Part shown: positions 15,056 to 23,003 of the stretch, piece by piece | How positions within the stretch are numbered: the first letter of the stretch is position 1 | Layout: every line of letters begins with the position of its first letter | DNA from: a virus | IMG/VR virus record: IMGVR_UViG_3300000944_000003 | Span: 1 to 35,055 of that record | Length of the DNA stretch: 35,055 nucleotides | Direction: 5' to 3' (one strand) | Made by a program: the position numbers and the translations under genes | Notes under the pieces: model-generated | The model's database searches: none | What the model was told of the DNA's origin: nothing | Seen by the model: the letters and a program-made list of their open reading frames with translations, nothing else

Positions 15056-15847
15056 TTATATGTCTGAAATAGTTCCGCCTAAAATGCGAAACGTCAAAGT
15101 TCCCGTTCTAAAATACCCACATCCAAGCGTGCGGATCATTTCAATTAAATTGTATTCTGTCCCATTTCTCGAGCTTTGAGTCGATTCAAGTATAACCTTA
15201 AAATATTCATCTGGCTTATCGCAGTTTGGTATAAGCTCCATTTCGCGTCCGCACATTGCCCAATCTAAAAGATCTCTTATATCGTCTAGTCCACGCGTTG
15301 GCCGAAAGGCCCTGCAGGTTTGTTCGATATTTGTCTGCGCTTTTACCTCAAAGCTTATCGTCGACTCTTTTCCGCAATGAACAATTTCGGTGCATTTGCC
15401 ATCGGAGCTTTCAGATTTTGTCGCCTGCCTGAGTCTTCTGTTCTGGTTTTGAAAGTTCGTCACTGGAAGTTGCGGGTAAAATATTGAGCCGAACCTTTGG
15501 TTAGATCTGTATTCGGACTGGCCCGAAAGATTTTGACCAAGCGTGAACCCGAACATTTCGTATGCTGGCGCTGGCTCTGCTCCAGATCCTGCAAGGATTT
15601 CAAACGCATCGCCCGAAGGCCTAAGAATAGTAAGTACTCTTTTTTCTGAATCGACTGAAAACGAATAGTAAGAGATGTTGTTTGCAAGCGCTATCTTGTT
15701 CATAAGATCTGCTATCTCTGATATGCATATTGGGCCCAAAGGAAACTGTAATACATGTGTGCCATTTTCATCTCTTAAAGTTATCTCTCTTGATTCGGAT
15801 GTAAACTCAAACCCATATCTTATAGCTATTTGAATATCTAAACTCAT
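15056..15847 (-). CDS. Distal tail protein candidate (by position after the tape measure), 263 aa
   Basis: ATGA-type overlap with the tape-measure stop. Positional call only. Confidence 0.55.
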   Translation of the reverse strand: MSLDIQIAIRYGFEFTSESREITLRDENGTHVLQFPLGPICISEIADLMNKIALANNISYYSFSVDSEKRVLTILRPSGDAFEILAGSGAEPAPAYEMFGFTLGQNLSGQSEYRSNQRFGSIFYPQLPVTNFQNQNRRLRQATKSESSDGKCTEIVHCGKESTISFEVKAQTNIEQTCRAFRPTRGLDDIRDLLDWAMCGREMELIPNCDKPDEYFKVILESTQSSRNGTEYNLIEMIRTLGCGYFRTGTLTFRILGGTISDI

Positions 15848-18666
15848 ACTGCCTCTGCTCCGAGAAATCCTGCATTTTCAATAAGCTCAACTATTCTTAA
15901 AGAAGTCTGGTCGCTATCAAGCACATCGCCTTGAATCGTAACCTGAACGTTCGAGCTCCTGGTTCTCTCGAACTCTTCCTCATCATCTGTAACCCCGATA
16001 TCAGAGCTTGTTGTGGATACAGCAGAAGCAGGTGCCGGAGCTGCTGCGGTGGTAGCAGCAGTTGGAATAGGCGCTGATGTGGATCCGGAACTTGATCCTC
16101 CTGCTCTATTACCCAAAGCCCTAAAAGCTATGCCAGCCGCGACAAGGGCCGCACCAGCAACAATTGCTCTGGTCCCGTCGAGCATAAGTACAGCCTCTCT
16201 AACCCTATCTGCTAGAATACCTATCAAGATCGCCTGGGTTCCGAGCTCGATTGAAAAGTCTCCAAATGAAGTAAGGACCGAACCAAGAAAAGCCCTTAAA
16301 GGATTTTGTCCTGCTTCTAAAGCTTGAACCATTGCATTGATTCCGTTTTGAACCGTGTTTGTTATAAGCTGATTGAAGTCGACCCTGAGCTGACGGCCCG
16401 TACTTCTTACTCTATCTCTTAGGCTTGTAAGAGAATTTGAAACCCTAGCGGCTCCAGCTTCCATCGAGACGACAGCCTCATCGAATATACTAGCAGCATT
16501 TTGAATCTCCGTTGAGGCTTGAAGAATTAAATCTCTATTGGCTTCTGCGAACTCAAGGTTTGAAAGTATAAACTGCTGGAATGCAAGCTGAGATCCCATA
16601 AGCTGCGTGGGCTCGACAAGGCTTTGTAGGTTTTCGGTTAACGTTTGAGTCTGGGCCTGGGTAGATACAAGAGCCTGTGAAATAATAAGCCCAGAGTTTG
16701 TCACTGAAGCTGCAGCTGATTCAACTACTGCTTGATTGGATCTAACAAATTCCTGATTCTGGATAACGAATGATCTTAGAGCTTCCTGCTGCTCAGTGAG
16801 ATCTGTCGTCCCTCCGCCGCCACCATCATCATCATCCATGGCGGGAGGATTTTCTGTATCGCCTCCGCCTCCGCCACCGCCGCGAACAATCTCTGGACGA
16901 AGCCTGAGACGTATTTCTCTTTGAGTTTCGCGCCTCAAATCAATTATATTTTGAGTGGCTATCTGAACATTCTCTTCAAATAAAGTAGTATCTATTTGAA
17001 TAGCTACGCCGCCGTTGAAAAACCTGGCTATTGACGATCCTGTAATGAAGTTAGAGAATTCGGCAACCCGCAATAAGGCTGTGTTTACCCCTAAAATGAA
17101 ACCGTTGAAAAGAGAGTCGCCTATTCTCCGCAGGCTTCCAAATGATGTTAGTAGCATGTCGAACAATTCAACCGCGCCTAGTATTGCAACCGAAAGCCCA
17201 AGAGTTAGCGCAGTCTGAGTGAGCGCAATACCAACTCGAAGAGTGGCCAGCCTTGTAGTTACAAGCCCTATGATTATAGGGAGCCCCGATAAAACTGTTC
17301 CAAGAGTCGCAAATGCCGTTGTAAGACCTGTGGCAACCCCAGTTGCAATCAATTGAATATTAAGCAAAACAAATGATCCAGCCGTGATAGCAGCGAATCT
17401 AGCGACGCTTGATAGGATGCTTGGCAGATCTCTTAAAAAACCCACAAGACTAGAAAGACCAGACACCAAGGAAGCGATTATCGGCTGCAGGACTTCGCCA
17501 ATTTCAATGCCTAAATCTCTAAGGTTATTTCTGAAGATCTGCGCCTGCTCGGCAGAGCCCATAAGTTGCTGGTTTAATGCGCCCGAAAATGTTTGAACCG
17601 AAGCCGCATTGTCTCCAAGGTTCTCAGTCGTCTCAACGAGAGATTCAAATTGCGCGTTGGAAAGCGCTGCTATAGATCCAGATGCTCTTACAGAGCCAAA
17701 TAGCTGTGAAAGTGATTCAGCAGTATTACCGCCAGCTTCTCTGAGCTCGTTAATAAACCTTACAAAACCACCTTCTCTTCTGAAGATCTGAGCGTCGAAT
17801 GCGATCCCAAGTCTTTCGGCTTCTCTTCTCGCATCTTCAGTTGGATTTATTATCGCCGCGATCGCAGCCCTTAGACCTGTTGCCGATTCAGATGTGCTTC
17901 GACCAGAGAGCGTTAATGCTGATAATGCAGATAATGTGTCTTCAAGACTTATGCCGACAAGATTAGCATCGGCAGCCACTGTTCCTAAAGAACCTGAAAG
18001 CTCGGCTATCGTTGTCCGGCCTGCTTGCTGAGCTCTAAAAAAAGATGCCGCCGCATTTTCCGCTTGTTCAGCTTCCAAACCGAAAGCATTTAAAGCTGTC
18101 GTAAGTCCCCTTGTAGCAGTGGAGATATCTGTTTGCCCGGCAACCGCAAGTTCGCCTGCAATGCGTACCGTATCTATAGCTCTTGATGCATCAATCCCTG
18201 CGGATACAGTATCGAAAAGTGCGGTGTTAACAGAAGATATTGCAACAGGCAGATCTGTGAATACTTCTCTCACGCCATCTCTTAAACCATCAAAACCCTC
18301 TTGAAGGTTTTGGCCTGTGCTTGCAAAAGAGTTATCGCTTAATAAGGTGCGAACTCCATTAAGCTCAGACTCGAACTCATTGAAAGCTCTCGTAGCGTTG
18401 CCGACACCTCTTACTAAGGCAACCGCCGAAAACGCTCCTGCGAACGCAAGTCCGATGCGTCCGATTTGACTTGTGATGCCGCCAGTAAATCTCGTAAATA
18501 AAGTTGAAGCCTGCTGCGTGCCTCTTCTGGTAGATCCAGATACGCTATCTTCTAATGACTCACCTACGCTTTCGGCCGCATCCGTAGCCCTATCTCTAAA
18601 CTGATCGAACTCTTGGCGTAGATTTCTAAACTCAAGCTCTAAATCTATTTGCAGTCGTTCAGTCAT
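15844..18666 (-). CDS. Tail tape measure protein, 940 aa
   Basis: Long Ala/Leu/Gly/Ser-rich helical protein with a central hydrophobic block (residues about 440-520) and a poly-Gly/Asp linker. It lies immediately downstream of the G/GT chaperone pair. Confidence 0.9.
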   Translation of the reverse strand: MTERLQIDLELEFRNLRQEFDQFRDRATDAAESVGESLEDSVSGSTRRGTQQASTLFTRFTGGITSQIGRIGLAFAGAFSAVALVRGVGNATRAFNEFESELNGVRTLLSDNSFASTGQNLQEGFDGLRDGVREVFTDLPVAISSVNTALFDTVSAGIDASRAIDTVRIAGELAVAGQTDISTATRGLTTALNAFGLEAEQAENAAASFFRAQQAGRTTIAELSGSLGTVAADANLVGISLEDTLSALSALTLSGRSTSESATGLRAAIAAIINPTEDARREAERLGIAFDAQIFRREGGFVRFINELREAGGNTAESLSQLFGSVRASGSIAALSNAQFESLVETTENLGDNAASVQTFSGALNQQLMGSAEQAQIFRNNLRDLGIEIGEVLQPIIASLVSGLSSLVGFLRDLPSILSSVARFAAITAGSFVLLNIQLIATGVATGLTTAFATLGTVLSGLPIIIGLVTTRLATLRVGIALTQTALTLGLSVAILGAVELFDMLLTSFGSLRRIGDSLFNGFILGVNTALLRVAEFSNFITGSSIARFFNGGVAIQIDTTLFEENVQIATQNIIDLRRETQREIRLRLRPEIVRGGGGGGGDTENPPAMDDDDGGGGGTTDLTEQQEALRSFVIQNQEFVRSNQAVVESAAASVTNSGLIISQALVSTQAQTQTLTENLQSLVEPTQLMGSQLAFQQFILSNLEFAEANRDLILQASTEIQNAASIFDEAVVSMEAGAARVSNSLTSLRDRVRSTGRQLRVDFNQLITNTVQNGINAMVQALEAGQNPLRAFLGSVLTSFGDFSIELGTQAILIGILADRVREAVLMLDGTRAIVAGAALVAAGIAFRALGNRAGGSSSGSTSAPIPTAATTAAAPAPASAVSTTSSDIGVTDDEEEFERTRSSNVQVTIQGDVLDSDQTSLRIVELIENAGFLGAEAV

Positions 18667-19253
18667 CTACCGCCCTTGAATCTTACTATTATTAAGAAGG
18701 GCCTGAATTTTATGGATATCTACAGGCGCTTTCTTATGATTATTTGGATGGGCAATCTTATGGTATCTTTTCATGATCTTTTGCCTGCCCTTCTTATCGG
18801 CATGCCCGAAAGCATGCGCATCTAGTCTGAGCATCTGCTCTTGCGCCTCAATTACATTAGCCGCATCGAGAAGTTCATTTACTTCAGGTATTGTAAGCTC
18901 GCCCGTTTCGCTCCAAGACATTGAAAAGAATCTGGCAAGCCTCGCCCTCTCATTTAAGAAGGGGCTTTGATCTAGCTTTTTTTTTCACCGATGATCTCCG
19001 TGACAAGCTTCATGACCGATCGCGCAGGAAGCTTCGAGATAACTTCTTTTGGCAGACCAGCTTTTTCAATCAAAGAAAGGGATAGCTCCAAATGCTTCTC
19101 GTTTTTCTTTTCAACGTCTTTGATCTCATCTGCTTTTTTCAAAAGGGATAAATACGGCCCTAGCTCTGACATTGATATCCTTGAAAGCGAGTAATTGGAC
19201 TCGCCCCATTTAACATCAAAACTTGCGTCATTACTTAAATCTAAAACGCTCAT
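18667..19253 (-). CDS. Tail assembly chaperone -1 frameshift fusion (GT-like), about 195 aa
   Basis: On the - strand the zero frame reads GGT GAA AAA AAA AGC TAG. A -1 slip on A AAA AAA continues as AAG CTA GAT CAA AGC CCC TTC TTA AAT GAG AGG GCG AGG CTT GCC AGA TTC TTT TCA ATG TCT TGG. No stop intervenes before it joins the 84-aa ORF (18667..18921). Confidence 0.7.
18972..19253 (-). CDS. Tail assembly chaperone (G-like), 93 aa
   Basis: Small acidic protein between the tube protein and the tape measure. It ends at a slippery A-run. Confidence 0.8.
   Translation of the reverse strand: MSVLDLSNDASFDVKWGESNYSLSRISMSELGPYLSLLKKADEIKDVEKKNEKHLELSLSLIEKAGLPKEVISKLPARSVMKLVTEIIGEKKS
18977..18985 (-). 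promoter_or_regulatory. Programmed -1 ribosomal frameshift slippery run (A9 on the coding strand)
   Basis: Nine consecutive T on the + strand (A9 on the - strand) lie 2 nt before the G-like stop codon. The downstream ORF is in the -1 frame. Confidence 0.7.
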
Positions 19254-19282
19254 ACTTATCCCTCCCAGGGTTATAACGTAGA

Positions 19283-20200
19283 TTAAACTTGGCGTGCGTC
19301 GCCTATGAATAGTACGTTAACTTCCTCAAACTTAGCAAGATCATCTCTCAAAGCTCTGAAGGAAACTGTCATCGCGCAGTTTTCATCACTCGGAAAGTTG
19401 ATGTTTGAAACATTTGGAAAGGTCAAAAGGAAAACCCAGTCTTGGCTTCTGTCTGATGCCGGAACACCGACGGGATGCAAAGTAAGCCTGTTCGAGCGAG
19501 TAAGGGTATTTCTACCGATGCTTGCCGTCCCAAGACCGAAATGCTCTTGGCCATTGATTGTTACAGAATCTCCTGCGCCTTGAGCCAGAAGCTTTCTAAG
19601 GTTAGAAGTATTGACCTGCTTGAACTCGATCTCGATCTCAGGAGATATCCCTGTCTGCGTTTCGCTAATAGGAAGGCTTCCAGTTTGATCGCAAACGACC
19701 TCTTGAGTCGAGACGTTTGTATCAATTGAAAAACCGCCGGACTGAGTTGGCCCAAGGTTCATTGAGAAACCCTCGTGCTCGACGAATGGATCTAAAAGAG
19801 CTAAATCGCTTGATACCGGATCTAATGTCGCCAAGTAATCAACAGTCTTGATTGCGAATGCGCGCTTGATGTTCGGAACTACAACAGCGCAAAAATCAGC
19901 TTCTGCATCAACAGCTGCTGCAACAGCTGCCGAAATTGACTCTGGGATGTCAGTCGATAAGATATCAACTTGGATTCCAGTTCCGCCCGGAGCCGGATCA
20001 ACACTCGCGCCGTCTGTAAGGTTAAACCACAGGTAGTACTGAGCTGCATTACCTGCACTATAAAATTGTATATATTGACTGTCTAAAGCCAGTCCCACTT
20101 GCTCTTCAGGAATTTGAACGCAAAAAGTTTTTAGGTTTTCGCAATAGACCTCGAAATTCTTGGTCTCGATACCTGAAGCTCCTCGGCATGATTCTGCCAT
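19283..20200 (-). CDS. Major tail (tube) protein candidate, 305 aa
   Basis: Position immediately upstream of the chaperone pair. Very strong SD (AAGGAGG). Confidence 0.7.
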   Translation of the reverse strand: MAESCRGASGIETKNFEVYCENLKTFCVQIPEEQVGLALDSQYIQFYSAGNAAQYYLWFNLTDGASVDPAPGGTGIQVDILSTDIPESISAAVAAAVDAEADFCAVVVPNIKRAFAIKTVDYLATLDPVSSDLALLDPFVEHEGFSMNLGPTQSGGFSIDTNVSTQEVVCDQTGSLPISETQTGISPEIEIEFKQVNTSNLRKLLAQGAGDSVTINGQEHFGLGTASIGRNTLTRSNRLTLHPVGVPASDRSQDWVFLLTFPNVSNINFPSDENCAMTVSFRALRDDLAKFEEVNVLFIGDARQV

Positions 20201-20231
20201 GTGAAAGCCTCCTTAATCGTTATTTTAATTT

Positions 20232-20696
20232 TTAAGTTCCAGCATTTAAAAGGATCGCCTGAGAAATCGTCATGCCAATGCAAATCTTTACAATGTAATC
20301 ATTTCCGGGGATGGACTCGAGGAACATCCGGTCAAACCTAATATTAGTGAAACATTCTGGCCGAAGCGATTCATCTAGTAAAACCGTCAGAATACCTTCG
20401 CCCTCAATTAGCGCCCGCTCTTGCGTATCTACCTCAAGCTTTCCAGCCATGTGGTAGAGGCAAAGCTCTACATCTGTAGACACCCTTAGACAATTTCCCT
20501 CGCGCCCATTCGAGGAAACAACGCCAAGGCGTATATAGTAACTATCATTCACTTGCGATCTTTTAAGCCTATCGTCGAATGAAAAGTTATATGGAAGCTC
20601 TCTTTTTCTCCCGCAAGGCTCGATAAGAGAGGAGATGCTTTCTCTGATCTGAGAGAATGTACCGCACCCAAATTTTAACACAGGAAGCCTACTCAT
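20232..20696 (-). CDS. Hypothetical structural protein (tail terminator/completion by position), 154 aa
   Basis: ATGA overlap with the upstream gene. Positional call only. Confidence 0.55.
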   Translation of the reverse strand: MSRLPVLKFGCGTFSQIRESISSLIEPCGRKRELPYNFSFDDRLKRSQVNDSYYIRLGVVSSNGREGNCLRVSTDVELCLYHMAGKLEVDTQERALIEGEGILTVLLDESLRPECFTNIRFDRMFLESIPGNDYIVKICIGMTISQAILLNAGT

Positions 20697-21382
20697 TTAC
20701 GCACTAACCTGTTTGTTGAAATCTTGTATTCATGACGCGATATCTTACCGTCGCCATCCTTATCAAAAAAGATTTTATATCCGCCGAAAGCCTTAACCCT
20801 CTTGCTTTTATAAAACTGAGAACGCTGAGCCCAGAAGTCCTCCGGAGATTTAGATGCGTTTCGATAAATGTTTTCAAGCGCCCAAAATGTAGACCATTTT
20901 CGCAGTTGCTCTGATCCTTTCAGCTTTGCAATATCAATTAGCTCACATCCGTGCCAAAGAAGACCTTCGTCCCTTAAGCATTCGTAAATGCACTTGGCTA
21001 TCTGCCTGTGGATATGATTGAAATTACATCGATGACAATCAAGACAATCGCGAATAGATGGCTCAAACCCAAGCAGATCAGAGTCGTCAGAAAATAAACA
21101 ATCGTCTTGCTCATCTTTAACCTCGATGGTTTCGGCGAAAATCTCAGAGGCCGCACCTGCAGTTACGCGAAGCTGGATCGTAAATGTTCCTGATGCAGAG
21201 TATTGCCAATCTAAAAACAAATCAGATGAAACATCGAAGTATGTTCCAGACCCGTCAGGATCGACCTCAACCAAAGATATTGCATCCATGTCGGGTGTTA
21301 CACTGTTTCTAGATGCGTCGATTCGAAGCCTATCTCCGACTCTTACGCATGCATCTGTGAGAATACATCCAAAGATTGCCAT
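20693..21382 (-). CDS. Multi-domain structural-module protein: Ig/PKD-like N-domain, Cys/His cluster, canonical C-terminal EF-hand, 229 aa
   Basis: RIDASRNSV...VEVDPDGSGTYFDV...WQYSASGTFTIQLRVT is PKD-like. CLDCHRCNFNHIHRQIAKCIYEC is a Cys/His cluster. DKDGDGKISRHE (20729-20764) fits the 12-residue EF-hand loop DxDxDGxIxxxE exactly. Confidence 0.7.
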   Translation of the reverse strand: MAIFGCILTDACVRVGDRLRIDASRNSVTPDMDAISLVEVDPDGSGTYFDVSSDLFLDWQYSASGTFTIQLRVTAGAASEIFAETIEVKDEQDDCLFSDDSDLLGFEPSIRDCLDCHRCNFNHIHRQIAKCIYECLRDEGLLWHGCELIDIAKLKGSEQLRKWSTFWALENIYRNASKSPEDFWAQRSQFYKSKRVKAFGGYKIFFDKDGDGKISRHEYKISTNRLVRK

Positions 21383-22383
21383 TACTCAAACACTCCCTTA
21401 GCCCAGTCGGTTTGGTGCGCCTTTATAATCTCATGGACGCCTTCAATGTTTGCGCCCATTTCAGATAAAATTTTTGGTAGTACAATTGAGATGGCTCTTT
21501 CCCCTGCAGCCAAACCAAACAAGTCATCACTTCTATAATGAACACCGCCAAAATCACGACCAACCGCGACATTGTATGCAGCCTTTCGCATTTGGCGAAA
21601 ACCCTCTTCGTCTAGTTCAAACCAAACTGCAAACAAAAGATGCTTTGAAGCAACGCTTGAATGCATCGCTGGAAATGATGGATGAGGCGGAGCCTTGTAA
21701 ACTCCGAAGGCACTTTGATCTTTTGCAACAGCGTCCTTGTCTATTAACTTTGAAAGGGCCAGATCAATTCCATCAGGAGCTTTGATCTCGCCTTTGGCCC
21801 AAAGGTGGGCTGCCTCCTCAGGACGAAGCCTTCCGTGATACCACTTGTGGGCAAACATGGTCGGAGATATTTGATGGATCAGTTGACCGATGACGCTTGC
21901 AAGTCCTACGACGCCATCAGTAAAAGGCGTCCAATCGCCAATTCCAAACAGGTCCCTTTGTTTATAGCCTTTTGATAAAAGCCAGCCTGCCATCTTGTTC
22001 ATGATGTCTGTAGGCCAGTCAGCTTCTACAAGCTTTGCTAGATCGTGGGCTGTCGATACATTGTATGCAGACTTTATAGGTTCCGCAACGAACTCTGTAT
22101 CTCCTTCGAAAATATGCTCGGGCCATAACTTTGAGAGCTGGTCCTTAGGAACTCTTGAAAATGGCGTTTTCTTTTTTGCCATATCAACACGGTAGGCGAC
22201 CTCTAAAAGCTCATCCCAAAAAGGTGCGCCGTCTTCCGGGTGCGCCGGCTTCGGTCCTTTTGAAGGTAAAAACAAAAGCCTTGAGTCATCTTCCATAATG
22301 CAGCTGTGAAGCTTCTGACAGTCGCCTGAAGCGCGCTGCTGCTTTGAAAGAGGATAGTCTATTTTTCCAAGCTTAAAACGCAT
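21382..22383 (-). CDS. PAP2-superfamily enzyme, vanadium-haloperoxidase/acid-phosphatase-like, 333 aa
   Basis: All three PAP2 motifs occur in order. KWYHGRLRP gives K-x6-RP (K180, R187). HPSFPAMHSS is a PSGH-type motif with Ala-Met replacing Ser-Gly (H241). GRDFGGVHYRSDD gives R-x5-H-x3-D (R276, H282, D286). The last resembles the haloperoxidase-branch R...GVHW/Y/F R.D signature. TAATG 1-nt overlaps join it to both flanking genes. Confidence 0.8.
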   Translation of the reverse strand: MRFKLGKIDYPLSKQQRASGDCQKLHSCIMEDDSRLLFLPSKGPKPAHPEDGAPFWDELLEVAYRVDMAKKKTPFSRVPKDQLSKLWPEHIFEGDTEFVAEPIKSAYNVSTAHDLAKLVEADWPTDIMNKMAGWLLSKGYKQRDLFGIGDWTPFTDGVVGLASVIGQLIHQISPTMFAHKWYHGRLRPEEAAHLWAKGEIKAPDGIDLALSKLIDKDAVAKDQSAFGVYKAPPHPSFPAMHSSVASKHLLFAVWFELDEEGFRQMRKAAYNVAVGRDFGGVHYRSDDLFGLAAGERAISIVLPKILSEMGANIEGVHEIIKAHQTDWAKGVFE

Positions 22384-22994
22384 TAAGAAAGCCTTTTCAT
22401 TATTAAACCGCCGGCGTCCCCAGCCAGGTTTACAGTCCCTGCGTTAGCGCCTCGCTGGGAGCTCACGCCAATGACATCGCCTTCTGATACTTTTAAAATC
22501 TCAGTCAAATGCGCCGTCGAATTGTTATGGCCGAAGTTTGAGCTTATATATGAGTTTCTAGATCTTGCCCTTTGCCTTACTCCATTTAAGGTAATGTGCA
22601 CCTGCGGAGAATATGGATCAGGGCCTGGTGTCCAAAACTCCGGCTGTGCGGTGACTTCAACGTGGCCGTTAAAGGCCACCCTTATACCGTCAACTGCAAG
22701 CTCGAAATCAGTTTGGCCATCGAGCTCTGAAAGGAACTGATCGTAGACCAGAAGCTGGGTTGGATTATCCTGGTTTACATTTGACGCTCCATTAAACCCA
22801 GTCGAAACAAAACCCATTGGTGCTGGCGGAGGCGGCGGCATAGCCGAACCATCTTCTTCAACTTCCATTGCAAGACCAGGAACCGGAGGCTGCGATTCCG
22901 CAGATGCCCCAAGTATATTCCCAGCTTCGCTGCCTTCCCGTGCAAAGACGACAGTCCCATCGTCATGTTCATAAGCTATATAATTTATTGGCAT
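22383..22994 (-). CDS. Hypothetical structural protein with Pro-rich linker and beta-rich C-terminal domain (possibly C1q/TNF-like jelly roll), 203 aa
   Basis: PPVPGL...MPPPPPAPMG linker. The C-terminus (LNGVRQRARS...AHLTEILKVSEGDVIGVSS) resembles the C1q-like strand pattern, but this is a weak, by-eye call. Confidence 0.6.
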   Translation of the reverse strand: MPINYIAYEHDDGTVVFAREGSEAGNILGASAESQPPVPGLAMEVEEDGSAMPPPPPAPMGFVSTGFNGASNVNQDNPTQLLVYDQFLSELDGQTDFELAVDGIRVAFNGHVEVTAQPEFWTPGPDPYSPQVHITLNGVRQRARSRNSYISSNFGHNNSTAHLTEILKVSEGDVIGVSSQRGANAGTVNLAGDAGGLIMKRLS

Positions 22995-23003
22995 AGTTCC
23001 CCC

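Noticed and set aside
16800-16890. Low-complexity ccgccgccacc/ggcgg repeats at the DNA level. Also seen at 9770-9790 and 9940-9965.
   Set aside because: They are in-frame poly-Gly (and Asp) linkers of the tape measure and the Gly-rich protein. They are not CRISPR, VNTR or other non-coding repeats. No spacer-repeat periodicity exists anywhere in the window.
18977-18985. T9 run on the + strand that could be read as a terminator U-tract.
   Set aside because: No upstream stem is present. On the coding (-) strand it is the A9 slippery sequence at the end of the G-like chaperone ORF, with the downstream ORF exactly in the -1 frame.
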